Positions 49,147 to 59,297 of a DNA stretch of 64,000 nt are shown here, piece by piece (positions within the stretch are counted from its first letter, which is position 1; each line of letters opens with the position of its first letter). Under the pieces are notes generated by a model. The model made no database searches. It saw only the letters and a program-made list of their open reading frames with translations, and was not told the origin of the DNA. Origin of the DNA: Candidatus Spyradenecus sp. (GTDB lineage Bacteria > Verrucomicrobiota > Verrucomicrobiia > Opitutales > UBA953); assembly GCA_045535075.1 (NCBI GenBank), contig JAZSKX010000007.1:32001-96000 (forward strand), given 5' to 3'. The position numbers and the translations under genes are program-made.

Positions 49147-50031
49147 TTAGCGATTCTTGCAGAGCGAACAGGCGGACGGCGAAATGGCGAGCCCGCCTTT
49201 GGAGGTTTCCCGCAGCTCGGCGGGCATACGGCGACCGACATCCTGCATGGCGAAAATCGCGTCGTCAAGCGTTACACGCGGGGAAATTCCGGCGAGAGCA
49301 AGCGATGCCGCAAGGTAAGAATGAACGGCAAACATCCCGTTGCGCGATACGCAGGGAACCTCGACAAAACCTCCGATCGGATCGCAGACTAACCCGAGCG
49401 TGTTGATGAGCGCAAACGTTCCCGCAGCGCAGGCCTGACGCGGTGTGCCGCCGAGAGCTTCGACGATTGCCGCCGCCGCAATCGCGGAGGCACTCCCGAC
49501 CTCCGCTTGGCATCCGCCTTGCGCTCCCGCGATAAACGCCTTGTCCGCAATAATCATACCGATGCCGCTCGCCGTAAAAAGCGCCCGGGTGAGCGTGTCT
49601 TCATCAAGGCCGCGCGTTTCCTCCAAAAGCGTCAGGCACGCGGGAACGATGCCTGCGGAACCGGCTGTCGGCGTCGCAACGATTTTGCCGAACTGCGCAT
49701 TGGTTTCCAAGACGGCATAGCCGTACGCAACAAGACGCGTCAATTCGGCTCCGAGTAGCGTGTTCCCGCCGGCGGCGTACTCAAGGATTTTTCGGGCATC
49801 TCCGCCGGAAAGCCCGCTTGGGGACGCTGATGTGATTTCCAAGCCGCGCTTGACGGACTGCCGCATGGTGCGAAAATGCTCGCGCATTTTTTCAAAGTTT
49901 TCTTCTCGGGAAACTCCGGAAAAAAGAGTTTCGCGGCGTAACGCAAGTTCACCGACGGAAATGGAGTCCTGCTCGCAAATCGCGAGCATTTCGGCGGCGT
50001 TTTCGTAGTCGTAATCAGGAGCTTGGTTCAT
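49147..50031 (-). CDS. sdaAA: L-serine dehydratase alpha subunit
   Basis: IVATPTAGSAG, GAQGGCQAEVGSA, LGLVCDPIGGFVEVPC, LRETSKGGLA. Confidence 0.95.
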   Translation of the reverse strand: MNQAPDYDYENAAEMLAICEQDSISVGELALRRETLFSGVSREENFEKMREHFRTMRQSVKRGLEITSASPSGLSGGDARKILEYAAGGNTLLGAELTRLVAYGYAVLETNAQFGKIVATPTAGSAGIVPACLTLLEETRGLDEDTLTRALFTASGIGMIIADKAFIAGAQGGCQAEVGSASAIAAAAIVEALGGTPRQACAAGTFALINTLGLVCDPIGGFVEVPCVSRNGMFAVHSYLAASLALAGISPRVTLDDAIFAMQDVGRRMPAELRETSKGGLAISPSACSLCKNR

Positions 50032-50039
50032 CGGAAAAA

Positions 50040-50717
50040 TCAGCAAATTTTCGGAATGCGGACACCGCGTTTTACGAACGGAATTTTAAGTAAAACGCTC
50101 ATGCAGTCATCCGGAATCGGAGAATCGGTTTTGATAACGGTAAACGCATCATTTTCCCGCATTTTTCGAGCGGTGATAATCGTCGCAATGTTGGCTTCGA
50201 CGCAAGAAAGCAATCCGGTAACACGCGCAAGAAAGCCGGGACGGTCGAGATGCCAGCATACGATGGAATCAAGCGTGCCCGAAAGGCGGGTTTCGAAACT
50301 GTCGATTTCTCGAATTTCGACGTTCCCGCCGCCGACGCTCGCTCCCGTCACAATGAGGTTTTCTCCGTCCGGAAAATAGAATGTGATACGAGCCGAGTTC
50401 GGATGTGCGTCGGCTCCGAGATCGACAGTTTCGAAATCGACGCCGATTCCGCGTTTGCGCGCGAGTGTAAGCGAGTCCTTGAGGCGTTCGTCGTCCGGGC
50501 TCAAGCCGAGTAAGCCGGCAACGATTCCGCGATCCGTCGCGTGTCCTTTTCCCGTGGCGGCAAATGAACCGTGAAGCTCTATTTTTACGCGCGCAAACGC
50601 CGCAAAGCTTTTGGCAAGATGATGCGCAAGCAGTCCGAGGCGAACCGCGCCCGCCGTATGCGAACTGGAAGGCCCGACCATTGCCGGCCCGATAACGTCA
50701 AACGCGGAGATATTCAT
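50040..50717 (-). CDS. sdaAB: L-serine dehydratase beta subunit
   Basis: IGPAMVGPSSSHTAGA, GSFAATGKGHATD, HPN, GASVGGG, ACT domain. Confidence 0.95.
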   Translation of the reverse strand: MNISAFDVIGPAMVGPSSSHTAGAVRLGLLAHHLAKSFAAFARVKIELHGSFAATGKGHATDRGIVAGLLGLSPDDERLKDSLTLARKRGIGVDFETVDLGADAHPNSARITFYFPDGENLIVTGASVGGGNVEIREIDSFETRLSGTLDSIVCWHLDRPGFLARVTGLLSCVEANIATIITARKMRENDAFTVIKTDSPIPDDCMSVLLKIPFVKRGVRIPKIC

Positions 50718-50781
50718 TACGGCATTGTAGAATTTTCATTTCCTTCCTAAAAGCGAAAAATAGAAATTTGCGTAATCTGTT

Positions 50782-50838
50782 TCCTAACAAAATCCTAACT
50801 TTCGGGCGGTTGACATTCCGTTTGAAATCGGGGATCGT
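50782..50838 (+). promoter_or_regulatory. Promoter of first Na/Pi cotransporter with upstream 11-bp-spaced direct repeat
   Basis: TCCTAAC at 50782 and 50793; TTGACA at 50810, 17 bp, GATCGT. Confidence 0.5.
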
Positions 50839-50889
50839 TTCCGAATTGTTTGAATATTTTCAAAAATTTAACCCAACTAAAGTAACACT

Positions 50890-52611
50890 ATGACAATGCT
50901 ACTTTTTCAGGTCTTCGGTGGCTTGGCGATTTTCATCTTCGGGATGAAATTGATGGGCGACGGCCTCCATAACGTTGCCGGAGACAAAATGCGAACGGTC
51001 TTGCGCCTCTTCTCCGCAAACCGCTTTGTCGGAATCCTTTCCGGCGCAACCGTCACGGCGGTTATTCAGTCCTCAAGCGCGAGCACCGTCATGGTTATCG
51101 GCTTCGTCAACGCGGGGCTTCTGACGCTTGTGCAAGCGATAGCAATTATTTTCGGCGCAAATATCGGGACGACGATTACCGCGCAAATTGTCGCCTTCGA
51201 CATCGAGTGGATTATCATGCCGTCGATCATTCTCGGCTTGCTGTTGAGCTTCGTTCCCGCGCGCTCGATTCGCAATTGGAGCGAGACGGTCATCGGGCTC
51301 GGCTTCATCTTCCTCGGCATGACGCTGATGAGCGACGAGCTCAAGGAACTTGCGAAAGATCCCGCGTTCATGCAACTTTTTCAAACCTTTAAATGCGCTC
51401 CCGTCGACGGCGTGATTCCGCCGCTCGCGCTCCTCGGCGCAATCGGCGTCGGCTTGGTCGCGACGTTTATCGTGCAAAGCAGTTCGGCGGTTTCCGGGAT
51501 TGTTATCGCGCTCGGCGTCGGCGGACTCGTCGACCTTTACACGGCGGTGGCGTTGATTCTCGGTTCGAACATCGGGACGACGGTTACGGCGCAGCTCGCG
51601 TCGCTTACGGCAAACCGCGTGGCAAAGCAGGCGGCTCTCGCACACACGCTCTTCAATGTGCTCGGCGTGATCATTATCGCGGGAACGTTCTGGTTCACGA
51701 TTGACGGCGTGCCGATTTTCTTTAAAGCGGTTCAATTCTTCTCGGGAACATCCGGTCTTTCCCCGGAAGAAGCTCAGGGCTCGCTTGCTCGCGAAATTGC
51801 GAATGCACATACGATTTTCAATGTAACGGCAACGGTTATTTTGGTCGGATTCATTCCGCTCTTGGCAAAAATCTGCGAAAAAGTGATTCCGCTCGAAAAG
51901 GAAAAAACAAAGTTCCAACGCCTCGAACCGCACTTGCTTTACACGCCGTCCATCGCGCTGGCGCAAACGGCGGGAGCGCTTCGCAAAATGCTGAAAAAAT
52001 CTTGGAAAATCGTCGATTGCGCGCTTTGTCTTTACAATAAAAACGACGAGAAAAATCAGGCAGTTCTCAAGCAACTCGAAAAGCGCGAAGCGGACGTTGA
52101 CGAACGCCAAAAAGACATCACGGAATATTTGGCGAAGCTTATGCAGGTCCAGCTCACGACGCAGGAAGCCGAGCAAATTCCGTTGCTTTTGCACTGCACG
52201 AACGACGCGGAACGCCTTGGCGATTTGGCGTCCGACATTCGCGACATCATGAACCGCGTTCACGCGAACAAATACAAATTCAGCGAAAAAGCGGAAAAGG
52301 AATTTGACGATTTACACGCGCTTTTGACGAGCCTTGCGGATCTCGCGATTCGTCTTCTGGAAAAGAAATCGACGGACACGCTTCTTGAAGCGAAAGGCAC
52401 GAAGCGCAAGATGAAAGATTTGCTCAATGCGGTTGAAGCTGACCACATGGCGCGCGTGAACGGCGGTTCCTGCTTGCCTGAAGTGAGCATTCTTTATCTG
52501 GAGTTGCTCGAAAATCTTCGCAAGATTTACAAAAACGTTGCGAACATCATCGACCGCGCGGAAATGTTTTACGACAAACTTCCGAAGCAACGTTCCGGCG
52601 CGCCAGCTTAA
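50890..52611 (+). CDS. Na/Pi cotransporter (copy 1) with PhoU-like C-terminus
   Basis: QSSSAST and GANIGTT motifs twice, IANAHTIFN, DAERLGD. Confidence 0.95.
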   Translation: MTMLLFQVFGGLAIFIFGMKLMGDGLHNVAGDKMRTVLRLFSANRFVGILSGATVTAVIQSSSASTVMVIGFVNAGLLTLVQAIAIIFGANIGTTITAQIVAFDIEWIIMPSIILGLLLSFVPARSIRNWSETVIGLGFIFLGMTLMSDELKELAKDPAFMQLFQTFKCAPVDGVIPPLALLGAIGVGLVATFIVQSSSAVSGIVIALGVGGLVDLYTAVALILGSNIGTTVTAQLASLTANRVAKQAALAHTLFNVLGVIIIAGTFWFTIDGVPIFFKAVQFFSGTSGLSPEEAQGSLAREIANAHTIFNVTATVILVGFIPLLAKICEKVIPLEKEKTKFQRLEPHLLYTPSIALAQTAGALRKMLKKSWKIVDCALCLYNKNDEKNQAVLKQLEKREADVDERQKDITEYLAKLMQVQLTTQEAEQIPLLLHCTNDAERLGDLASDIRDIMNRVHANKYKFSEKAEKEFDDLHALLTSLADLAIRLLEKKSTDTLLEAKGTKRKMKDLLNAVEADHMARVNGGSCLPEVSILYLELLENLRKIYKNVANIIDRAEMFYDKLPKQRSGAPA

Positions 52612-52678
52612 ACATTGCGCCGCGCAGGGCAGGCGTTTTTGCCTTAGAAAGGCGAAATTTCTGTTCTCTTTTCCAAAC

Positions 52679-52720
52679 AAAAAAGCGTTCCCGTGACGAT
52701 CTCGCGGGAACGCTTTTTTT
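52679..52720 (+). terminator. Terminator built from inverted motif pair
   Basis: AAAAAAGCGTTCCCGTGA-CGATC-TCGCGGGAACGCTTTTTTT. Confidence 0.88.
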
Positions 52721-52858
52721 GAATCCTTAAGTAAAGATTGAATTCGCCGGCTTCGTCGATCCGCCCGCATTCGATTGACTTTTTGAAGGAAACTCGGGAA
52801 ACTCGAAGCCTCTCATTTGAAGTTTCTTTCAAGGATTTAACCCAACCCAATTAACACT

Positions 52859-54553
52859 ATGACGATGCTGCTTCTAAACGTTTTCGGCGGCTTAGCGATT
52901 TTCATCTTCGGGATGAAATTGATGAGCGACGGGCTTCACAATGTTGCCGGAGACAAAATGCGAACGGTCTTACGCCTCTTCTCCGCAAATCGCTTTGTCG
53001 GAATCCTTTCCGGCGCAACCGTCACGGCGGTGGTTCAATCTTCGAGCGCGAGTACCGTCATGGTTATCGGCTTCGTCAATGCGGGTCTTCTGACGCTTGT
53101 GCAAGCGATAGCGATTATTTTCGGCGCGAACATCGGGACGACGATTACCGCGCAAATTGTCGCTTTCGACATCGAGTGGATTATCATGCCGTCGATCATT
53201 CTCGGCTTGCTGTTAAGCTTCGTTCCCGCGCGCTCGATTCGCAATTGGAGCGAAACGGTCATCGGGCTCGGTTTTATCTTCTTCGGCATGACACTGATGA
53301 GCGGGCAACTCAAAACGCTCTCGACCGATCCCGCGTTCATGCAGCTTTTCCAAACTTTTAACTGCGCTCCCGTCGACGGCGTGATTCCCCCGCTCGCGCT
53401 CCTCGGCGCAATCGGTGTCGGCGTGATTGCGACATTCATCGTGCAAAGCAGTTCGGCGGTTTCCGGGATCGTTATCGCGCTCGGCGTCGGCGGGCTTGTC
53501 GATATTTACACGGCGGTGGCGTTGATTCTCGGTTCAAATATCGGGACGACGGTTACGGCGCAGCTCGCGTCGCTCACGGCAAACCGCGTGGCGAAGCAGG
53601 CGGCGCTCGCGCACACGCTTTTCAATGTGCTCGGCGTGGTCATTATCGCGGGAACGTTCTGGTTCACGATTGACGGCGAACCGATTTTCTTTAAAGCGGT
53701 AACGTGGTTCTCTGACGGGAACGATTTGCCGCGTCAAATCGCAAACGCGCATACGCTTTTCAACGTTACGGCGACCGTCGTCTTGGTCGGATTTATTCCG
53801 CTTCTGGCGAAAATTTGCGAGCGCGTCATTCCGCTCGACAAAGGACAGACCAAATTCCAACGCTTGGAGCAACACCTGCTTTACACGCCGTCCATCGCGC
53901 TGGCGCAAACGGCGGGAGCGCTTCGCAAAATGCTGAAAAAATCCTGGCAGATCGTCGATTGCACGCTTTGCCTTTACAATAAAAACGACGAGAAAAATCA
54001 GGCGGTTCTCAAGCAACTCGAAAAGCGCGAGGCGGATATTGACGAGCGTCAAAAAGATATTACGGATTACCTCGCGAAACTCATGCAGGTTAAACTCACG
54101 ACGCAGGAAGCCGAGCAAATTCCGTTGCTTTTGCACTGCACGAACGACGCGGAACGCCTCGGTGATTTGGCTGCCGACATTCGCGACATCATGAACCGCG
54201 TTCACGCGAACAAATACAAATTCAGCGAAAAAGCGGAAAAGGAATTTGACGATTTACACACGCTTTTGACGAGCCTTGCAGATCTCGCGATTCGTCTTCT
54301 GGAAAAGAAATCGACGGACACGCTTCTTGAAGCGAAAGGCACGAAGCGCAAGATGAAAGATTTGCTCAATGCGGTTGAAGCCGACCACATGGCGCGCGTG
54401 AACGGCGGGTCCTGCTTGCCTGAAGTGAGCATTCTTTATCTGGAGTTGCTCGAAAATCTTCGCAAGATTTACAAAAACGTTGCGAACATCATCGACCGCG
54501 CGGAAATGTTTTACGACAAACTTCCGAAGCAACGCGCGGGCGCGCCCGCTTAA
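52859..54553 (+). CDS. Na/Pi cotransporter (copy 2)
   Basis: Close paralog of 50890..52611. Confidence 0.95.
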   Translation: MTMLLLNVFGGLAIFIFGMKLMSDGLHNVAGDKMRTVLRLFSANRFVGILSGATVTAVVQSSSASTVMVIGFVNAGLLTLVQAIAIIFGANIGTTITAQIVAFDIEWIIMPSIILGLLLSFVPARSIRNWSETVIGLGFIFFGMTLMSGQLKTLSTDPAFMQLFQTFNCAPVDGVIPPLALLGAIGVGVIATFIVQSSSAVSGIVIALGVGGLVDIYTAVALILGSNIGTTVTAQLASLTANRVAKQAALAHTLFNVLGVVIIAGTFWFTIDGEPIFFKAVTWFSDGNDLPRQIANAHTLFNVTATVVLVGFIPLLAKICERVIPLDKGQTKFQRLEQHLLYTPSIALAQTAGALRKMLKKSWQIVDCTLCLYNKNDEKNQAVLKQLEKREADIDERQKDITDYLAKLMQVKLTTQEAEQIPLLLHCTNDAERLGDLAADIRDIMNRVHANKYKFSEKAEKEFDDLHTLLTSLADLAIRLLEKKSTDTLLEAKGTKRKMKDLLNAVEADHMARVNGGSCLPEVSILYLELLENLRKIYKNVANIIDRAEMFYDKLPKQRAGAPA

Positions 54554-54620
54554 ACATCGCGCCGCGCAGGACAGGCATTTTTGCCTTAAACAGGCAAAAT
54601 TTCTGTTCTCTTTTCCAAAC

Positions 54621-54661
54621 AAAAAAGCGTTCCCGTGACGATCTCGCGGGAACGCTTTTTT
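54621..54661. terminator. Terminator built from inverted motif pair (duplicate of 52679-52720)
   Basis: AAAAAAGCGTTCCCGTGACGATCTCGCGGGAACGCTTTTTT between convergent genes. Confidence 0.88.
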
Positions 54662-54675
54662 GTTTTCTCGGATTG

Positions 54676-55446
54676 TTAGTCCTGCTGTTTCTTAGGTTTG
54701 CGTCCGCGACGCTTTTTTTCCGGTTTCGGTTCTTCGAGTCCGAGACCATCGTCAAACTCGCTAGGGCGATCGTCGTCTTCGTCGTCCCAGCGCATGGTTT
54801 CGTCCTCTTCGAGGTCCTTATCATCGAATTCGGCGATATCTTTAACGGCGGAGAAGTCTTCTTCGCTTTTGGTTTTGAGCTTTTCGTCGTCATCATCGCT
54901 TCCGCTGATTTCGAAACCGTCGGGGATGAATTCGAGGATATCGATAATTTCGCGGAAGAGGTGCGTGGCGCGTCCTTCCATGAAGGCTTGTGTTTGTGCG
55001 TCGCGAATTTGTTCTTCGAGTTCCGTGGTTGTGAATTTCTGTTCGAAATCGATTTTGTCGTTCAGATAATTCACACGCAATTTCGTGATGTGGGAGAGGA
55101 AATCGGCGTAGGTGTTCTTGTTTTCGTCGAGTGTGTCCGGAAGTGCAAAAAGTTCTTCGTCGGTATCGAAGAAGGTTTCGTTGACGCGAACGAGGCGTGC
55201 GGTTTTGTCCGGATTGATTTTTTGGAGTTGGAACGGGATGAATGCATTCTCGACGATATCCATCGACAGCCCGTAGTCGCGCATGGCGTCGAGCAGGTCG
55301 AGGATGTAGCTCATTTGGCGCGGATCAATGATGGAGAGCGAATCAATGTCCCACTGAACGGGAATGCTCAGTTCTTTGATCCACCAATTCATGTCGTCTC
55401 CGAATCGGATTTCACACCAAGTCAATTGCGGCGTATTATTTTTCAT
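54676..55446 (-). CDS. Hypothetical protein with long acidic tail
   Basis: 256 aa ORF, globular N-terminus, D/E-rich then basic C-terminus. Confidence 0.8.
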   Translation of the reverse strand: MKNNTPQLTWCEIRFGDDMNWWIKELSIPVQWDIDSLSIIDPRQMSYILDLLDAMRDYGLSMDIVENAFIPFQLQKINPDKTARLVRVNETFFDTDEELFALPDTLDENKNTYADFLSHITKLRVNYLNDKIDFEQKFTTTELEEQIRDAQTQAFMEGRATHLFREIIDILEFIPDGFEISGSDDDDEKLKTKSEEDFSAVKDIAEFDDKDLEEDETMRWDDEDDDRPSEFDDGLGLEEPKPEKKRRGRKPKKQQD

Positions 55447-55464
55447 ATGTGTTCTGTTGTATTA

Positions 55465-55498
55465 AAAAAACTCCGGGACGCGAACGTTCCGGAGTTTT
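55465..55498 (-). terminator. Terminator after OmpA/Pal gene
   Basis: AAAAAAACTCCGG...CCGGAGTTTT. Confidence 0.7.
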
Positions 55499-55513
55499 GT
55501 TTGAATTAAAGAT

Positions 55514-56080
55514 TTAGTTCGCGGCGTTCCCGTCAACAACGATAACTTTGCGGTCTTCTTTGACTTCTTCTCGGGTGCCGCTCTTTTTTGCGAATTGCTC
55601 GCCCATTGCCTGAATCTGTGCGCTTTGTGCGCCGCCGATTTGGTTCAGGTATTTTTTCACGGATTGGGCACGGCGGTCGGAAAGCGCAAGATTGTAATCG
55701 TCGCTTCCGAGATAGTCGGTGTATCCGACGATGTAGATGGCATCTCCGCGGGTTTGGTCGGCCACGGCGTCAAGCTTGGCGCGTCCTTCGGCATCAACCG
55801 AGAATTTATCGAATCCGAAATAAATCGTGCAAAGTTTGGCTTCTTCGGGGATTTGGTTGTTTGCGAACCATGCGGCGACTTTTTCGTCCGTCGTCCGGGT
55901 GTCAGCTTCTTCAATGACATCCTGTTCGCCGAGATCGCCGGATTCGACTGCCGTGATGTCGCCTTGGCCGTTGCCGAGTGCGGGTTTGACGTTGGCTCCG
56001 TCTTCCGGTCCGCGTTTGGGTGTGCAACCGACGATTGCGAGTGATGCGAGAAGAACAAGTAGGGTTTTAATGGAATTCAT
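55514..56080 (-). CDS. OmpA-family (Pal-like) lipoprotein
   Basis: Lipobox IVGC; IYFGFDK, GYTD..GS..YNLALSDRRA, DRKV. Confidence 0.9.
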   Translation of the reverse strand: MNSIKTLLVLLASLAIVGCTPKRGPEDGANVKPALGNGQGDITAVESGDLGEQDVIEEADTRTTDEKVAAWFANNQIPEEAKLCTIYFGFDKFSVDAEGRAKLDAVADQTRGDAIYIVGYTDYLGSDDYNLALSDRRAQSVKKYLNQIGGAQSAQIQAMGEQFAKKSGTREEVKEDRKVIVVDGNAAN

Positions 56081-56165
56081 GGTCGACTTTCTTTTATTTT
56101 ATGAATGGCGAAAATGAAATGTTAAACGCGCCGTTCCCGCAAGACAAATCATGTTTGCGGAGGTT

Positions 56166-56756
56166 TCAATTTTCGGCGGAGTCAACAGCAGATTTGTCCG
56201 GATGATTTGCGGAAGAATGGCAGGTGCAGGAATGACAATGAATGATGCGGGGACTTAGAGGGAGGTATTTTCCTAGAATCCAAGAAATCAGGATCGTTCC
56301 CGCGGCGACTAGGAGGATACCGGCAATGAATTTTCGGGCGTAAGGCGGCGGTTGCTGAGTTTGAATGTCCGGCGCGGGAACGGCATTCCCGTTTTCGTTT
56401 GAAAATTCATAGACAGGCAGGAAGAGAACGGATTCGGCGTTCCCGTTTCTCTGCTCGACGAAAATCCATTTACTGTTTTTCGGGACGCGCAATTCGCTGC
56501 CGTCGTTCCCGCGAAGCAGGTAGGTTTCCGCGTCGGCTTCGGCGATTGTGCCTTTTTCGCAGGAGCGTTTTTTGATGCTGCATCTAAGCAGCCATTGAAA
56601 AATGAGCAAGCCGGAAAATACTGAGAAAAACAGGAGTGCAACGTAGGTGCGGAAGTAAACGATGCACAGCAGAGCAACAAGCACTCCGCTAAATGATTGG
56701 ATCATCATGAGATCCCATGAACGAAGTCCGATGCGGTGAAACAGTGCTTTTTTCAT
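56166..56756 (-). CDS. Hypothetical membrane protein
   Basis: 196 aa, three hydrophobic segments, directly follows the SNF2 gene. Confidence 0.65.
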   Translation of the reverse strand: MKKALFHRIGLRSWDLMMIQSFSGVLVALLCIVYFRTYVALLFFSVFSGLLIFQWLLRCSIKKRSCEKGTIAEADAETYLLRGNDGSELRVPKNSKWIFVEQRNGNAESVLFLPVYEFSNENGNAVPAPDIQTQQPPPYARKFIAGILLVAAGTILISWILGKYLPLSPRIIHCHSCTCHSSANHPDKSAVDSAEN

Positions 56757-56759
56757 GGT

Positions 56760-59297
56760 TTATTCAGAAAGTTCAATGAGTGATTCGAGCGACGGGAAGT
56801 GCTGCGCCCAGTCCGACATATCCGGAATGCCGCCGACGAGCGCGTCGAAGAGTTCCCGTTTTTGTTGCTTAAGTTTTTCGATGCGTTCTTCGATCGTTCC
56901 CGCCGCAACCATGCGGTAGACAAAGACACGTTTTTGCTGCCCGATGCGGTGAACGCGGTCGATTGCTTGTTCTTCGACGGCGGGATTCCACCAAGGATCG
57001 AGAAGAAAAACGTATTCCGCGCTGTGTAATGTTAGTCCGGTACCGCCGGCGCGTAGACTGACGAGGAAAATGGCGGGACCGCTCGCAGTTTGGAATGCTT
57101 GAACGGGCGTTTCGCGGTCGATTGTTTTTCCCGTAAGCATGAATTGCGGCGTTTCCGGAAAGCGTTCCCGCAGGGCGGTTTGAACGCGTTCGAGCAGCAT
57201 GACGAACTGGCTGAAAATGACGATTTTCCCGTTGTTGTCGATGATTTCCTGGACGCGGTCGAGCAGGGCAGAAATTTTCCCGGAGTGCTCGTGAGAAAGC
57301 TCCGAACATCCCGGAAGCAATGCGGGATCGCATGCCGCTTGGCGCAAGCGCATGAGCAACGTGAGCAGGTTGCTCGGGTTTTCCCGCAATGCGCTTTGAG
57401 CGGAAATTCCGGCGCGAATGTTTTTCCGATAGCCTTCCAGTCCGTTTTGCACGATTGCGCGATAGTGTTCCCGTTGCAAATCGAGCATCGGGCAGAAAAG
57501 CAGATTTTGTGTTTTTTCGGGAAGTTCTTTGGCAACTTCGCGTTTGGTACGGCGCAGGATAAAAGGCGCGATTTGGGTTTTGAGCTTTTCGAGATTGGCG
57601 GAGCTGTTTTCCGCGTCTGCGAGCGCGGTTTCGAGTTCGGTACGTCGTCCTAAAAGTCCCGGCATGAGAAAGCGGAAAATCGTCCACAAATCCAAGTGGC
57701 GGTTTTCGATCGGCGTTCCCGTGAGCGCGAGCCGGTGCGTCGCGTTGATTTTCAAGCAGGCGCGGGCAACTTGCGTGTGCGGATTTTTGATGAATTGTGC
57801 TTCATCGAGAATCGCATAGGTAAATTTTTTTCGGGAAATTTTTCCTGCGCTTCGGCGCAGATGTCCGTAACTTGCGAGCGTAATTCTCGGGCGTTCCCGT
57901 GCGGAGGATTTTTTTTCCGAATTCAAAACGGAATAACTCAGTTGCGGGAAAAATTTCCGTATCTCGTTTTGCCAGACGGGAACGACAGACGCCGGGCAGA
58001 CGATAAGCGCGCTTGACGTTTTGCGCGTATCAAGTGCAAGTACGCTGAGAACTTGGATTGTTTTCCCGAGCCCCATTTCGTCGGCAACGAGCGGATGCGC
58101 GCCGCGGTCGAACATTTGACGGATCCAAGAAACGCCGCGAGCCTGATAAGGGCGCAAGAAATCCGGAATGTCCGCCGGAGTCTTGGGTTCCGCCAAAAAT
58201 TTTTTCCTCCAGGCGAGCAGCTTTCTGTCCGGAGTCAGCTTTAACGCGTCTTCATTTCGAAAGAGCGAAAGCAAGGTGTAAATCGGCATGCCGTGCGTGG
58301 CGGGATCGGGCCAATCGCTGATAAATTTTTGAGCGCGTCGGCGGATTCGGACAACGCCGCGCCCCGGCAGAAATACGGACTCGTCGGCGTGGCGCATGAC
58401 GATGCGGGATTCCTCGGGTGTGAGGCGCTCGCCGTCGATTTCAAAATTCCAAAGCAGGGAAAATGCGTCGGCGGATTCCGAATGAAGGACGGCTTCGGTT
58501 TCGAGTTCCCGCGGTTCGCTACGGAAGGTTTCGACGAGCTCGTCGTTTTCGATTTCAAAGCGTTCCCGCCATTTGTCGAGATGAGCGCTCGCAAATGCTG
58601 CGATCTGCGAATAGCCGTGGAGCGCATAGCAGGCGAGCTCGGAATCATAGGAAAAATAGGCGCGCCGGGCGAGCGTCGCCAGACGGATGAGTTGTTCGCG
58701 TTCTTTTTTTGAGAGCGATGCCGGGGCGGGTGCGTTTTTGCCGAGCGCGGGAACGCGTTCGCCCGTTTCCCGTATTTCCCAAAACGCGGAACAGGTCAGG
58801 CGTGTTGCCTCCGCCGAAAAAACGGGAACGAGCGTTTTTTCATCCGGCTGAGAGTCTGCGGGAACGCTTACCGGCGGCGTTTCCGGCTCGGCGGGTGTTT
58901 GCGGTTCGGAGCGCACTTCTCCGCTTTCAATCGGCAGACGCGGAAATTCCTCGGCGACAAATTCTTCGATGAAATACATTGCCGCTCCCGCAAACGGAGC
59001 CGCTTGCGTCCGTTCGGGCAGGGAACTGCGCCAGTGGAGCCAGCCTTTTTCGTCTGCCGAGAAAAAAATATGAATGTCGCCGTCTTCTTCCGTCCTGAAT
59101 TGGACGGACGCGGCGTTGTCTTCCAAAAAGATTTCTACGGGATGGGAAATTTTACGGTAACACGCCTGTGCATCTTCGAGAAATCCGTTGACTAAAAATG
59201 TTTCCCAACGTGCGTTCGGTTCGGATGCTAAGCGCTCTCCCCAGCACTTAAGCGCGCTGAGCGAAAAGCTCTTTTTTGTCGGCGGCACGTAAAACAT
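56760..59297 (-). CDS. SNF2-family helicase/ATPase
   Basis: LRPYQ, ADEMGLGKT, DEAQFIKN, LTGTPIEN, FSQF, GGTGLTL, DPWWNPAVEEQAIDRVHRIGQ. Confidence 0.95.
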   Translation of the reverse strand: MFYVPPTKKSFSLSALKCWGERLASEPNARWETFLVNGFLEDAQACYRKISHPVEIFLEDNAASVQFRTEEDGDIHIFFSADEKGWLHWRSSLPERTQAAPFAGAAMYFIEEFVAEEFPRLPIESGEVRSEPQTPAEPETPPVSVPADSQPDEKTLVPVFSAEATRLTCSAFWEIRETGERVPALGKNAPAPASLSKKEREQLIRLATLARRAYFSYDSELACYALHGYSQIAAFASAHLDKWRERFEIENDELVETFRSEPRELETEAVLHSESADAFSLLWNFEIDGERLTPEESRIVMRHADESVFLPGRGVVRIRRRAQKFISDWPDPATHGMPIYTLLSLFRNEDALKLTPDRKLLAWRKKFLAEPKTPADIPDFLRPYQARGVSWIRQMFDRGAHPLVADEMGLGKTIQVLSVLALDTRKTSSALIVCPASVVPVWQNEIRKFFPQLSYSVLNSEKKSSARERPRITLASYGHLRRSAGKISRKKFTYAILDEAQFIKNPHTQVARACLKINATHRLALTGTPIENRHLDLWTIFRFLMPGLLGRRTELETALADAENSSANLEKLKTQIAPFILRRTKREVAKELPEKTQNLLFCPMLDLQREHYRAIVQNGLEGYRKNIRAGISAQSALRENPSNLLTLLMRLRQAACDPALLPGCSELSHEHSGKISALLDRVQEIIDNNGKIVIFSQFVMLLERVQTALRERFPETPQFMLTGKTIDRETPVQAFQTASGPAIFLVSLRAGGTGLTLHSAEYVFLLDPWWNPAVEEQAIDRVHRIGQQKRVFVYRMVAAGTIEERIEKLKQQKRELFDALVGGIPDMSDWAQHFPSLESLIELSE

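Noticed and set aside
56760..59297. SNF2 gene as part of an anti-phage defence system
   Set aside because: No methylase, nuclease or other defence partner is adjacent, and it is rich in the host motif, consistent with a core gene.
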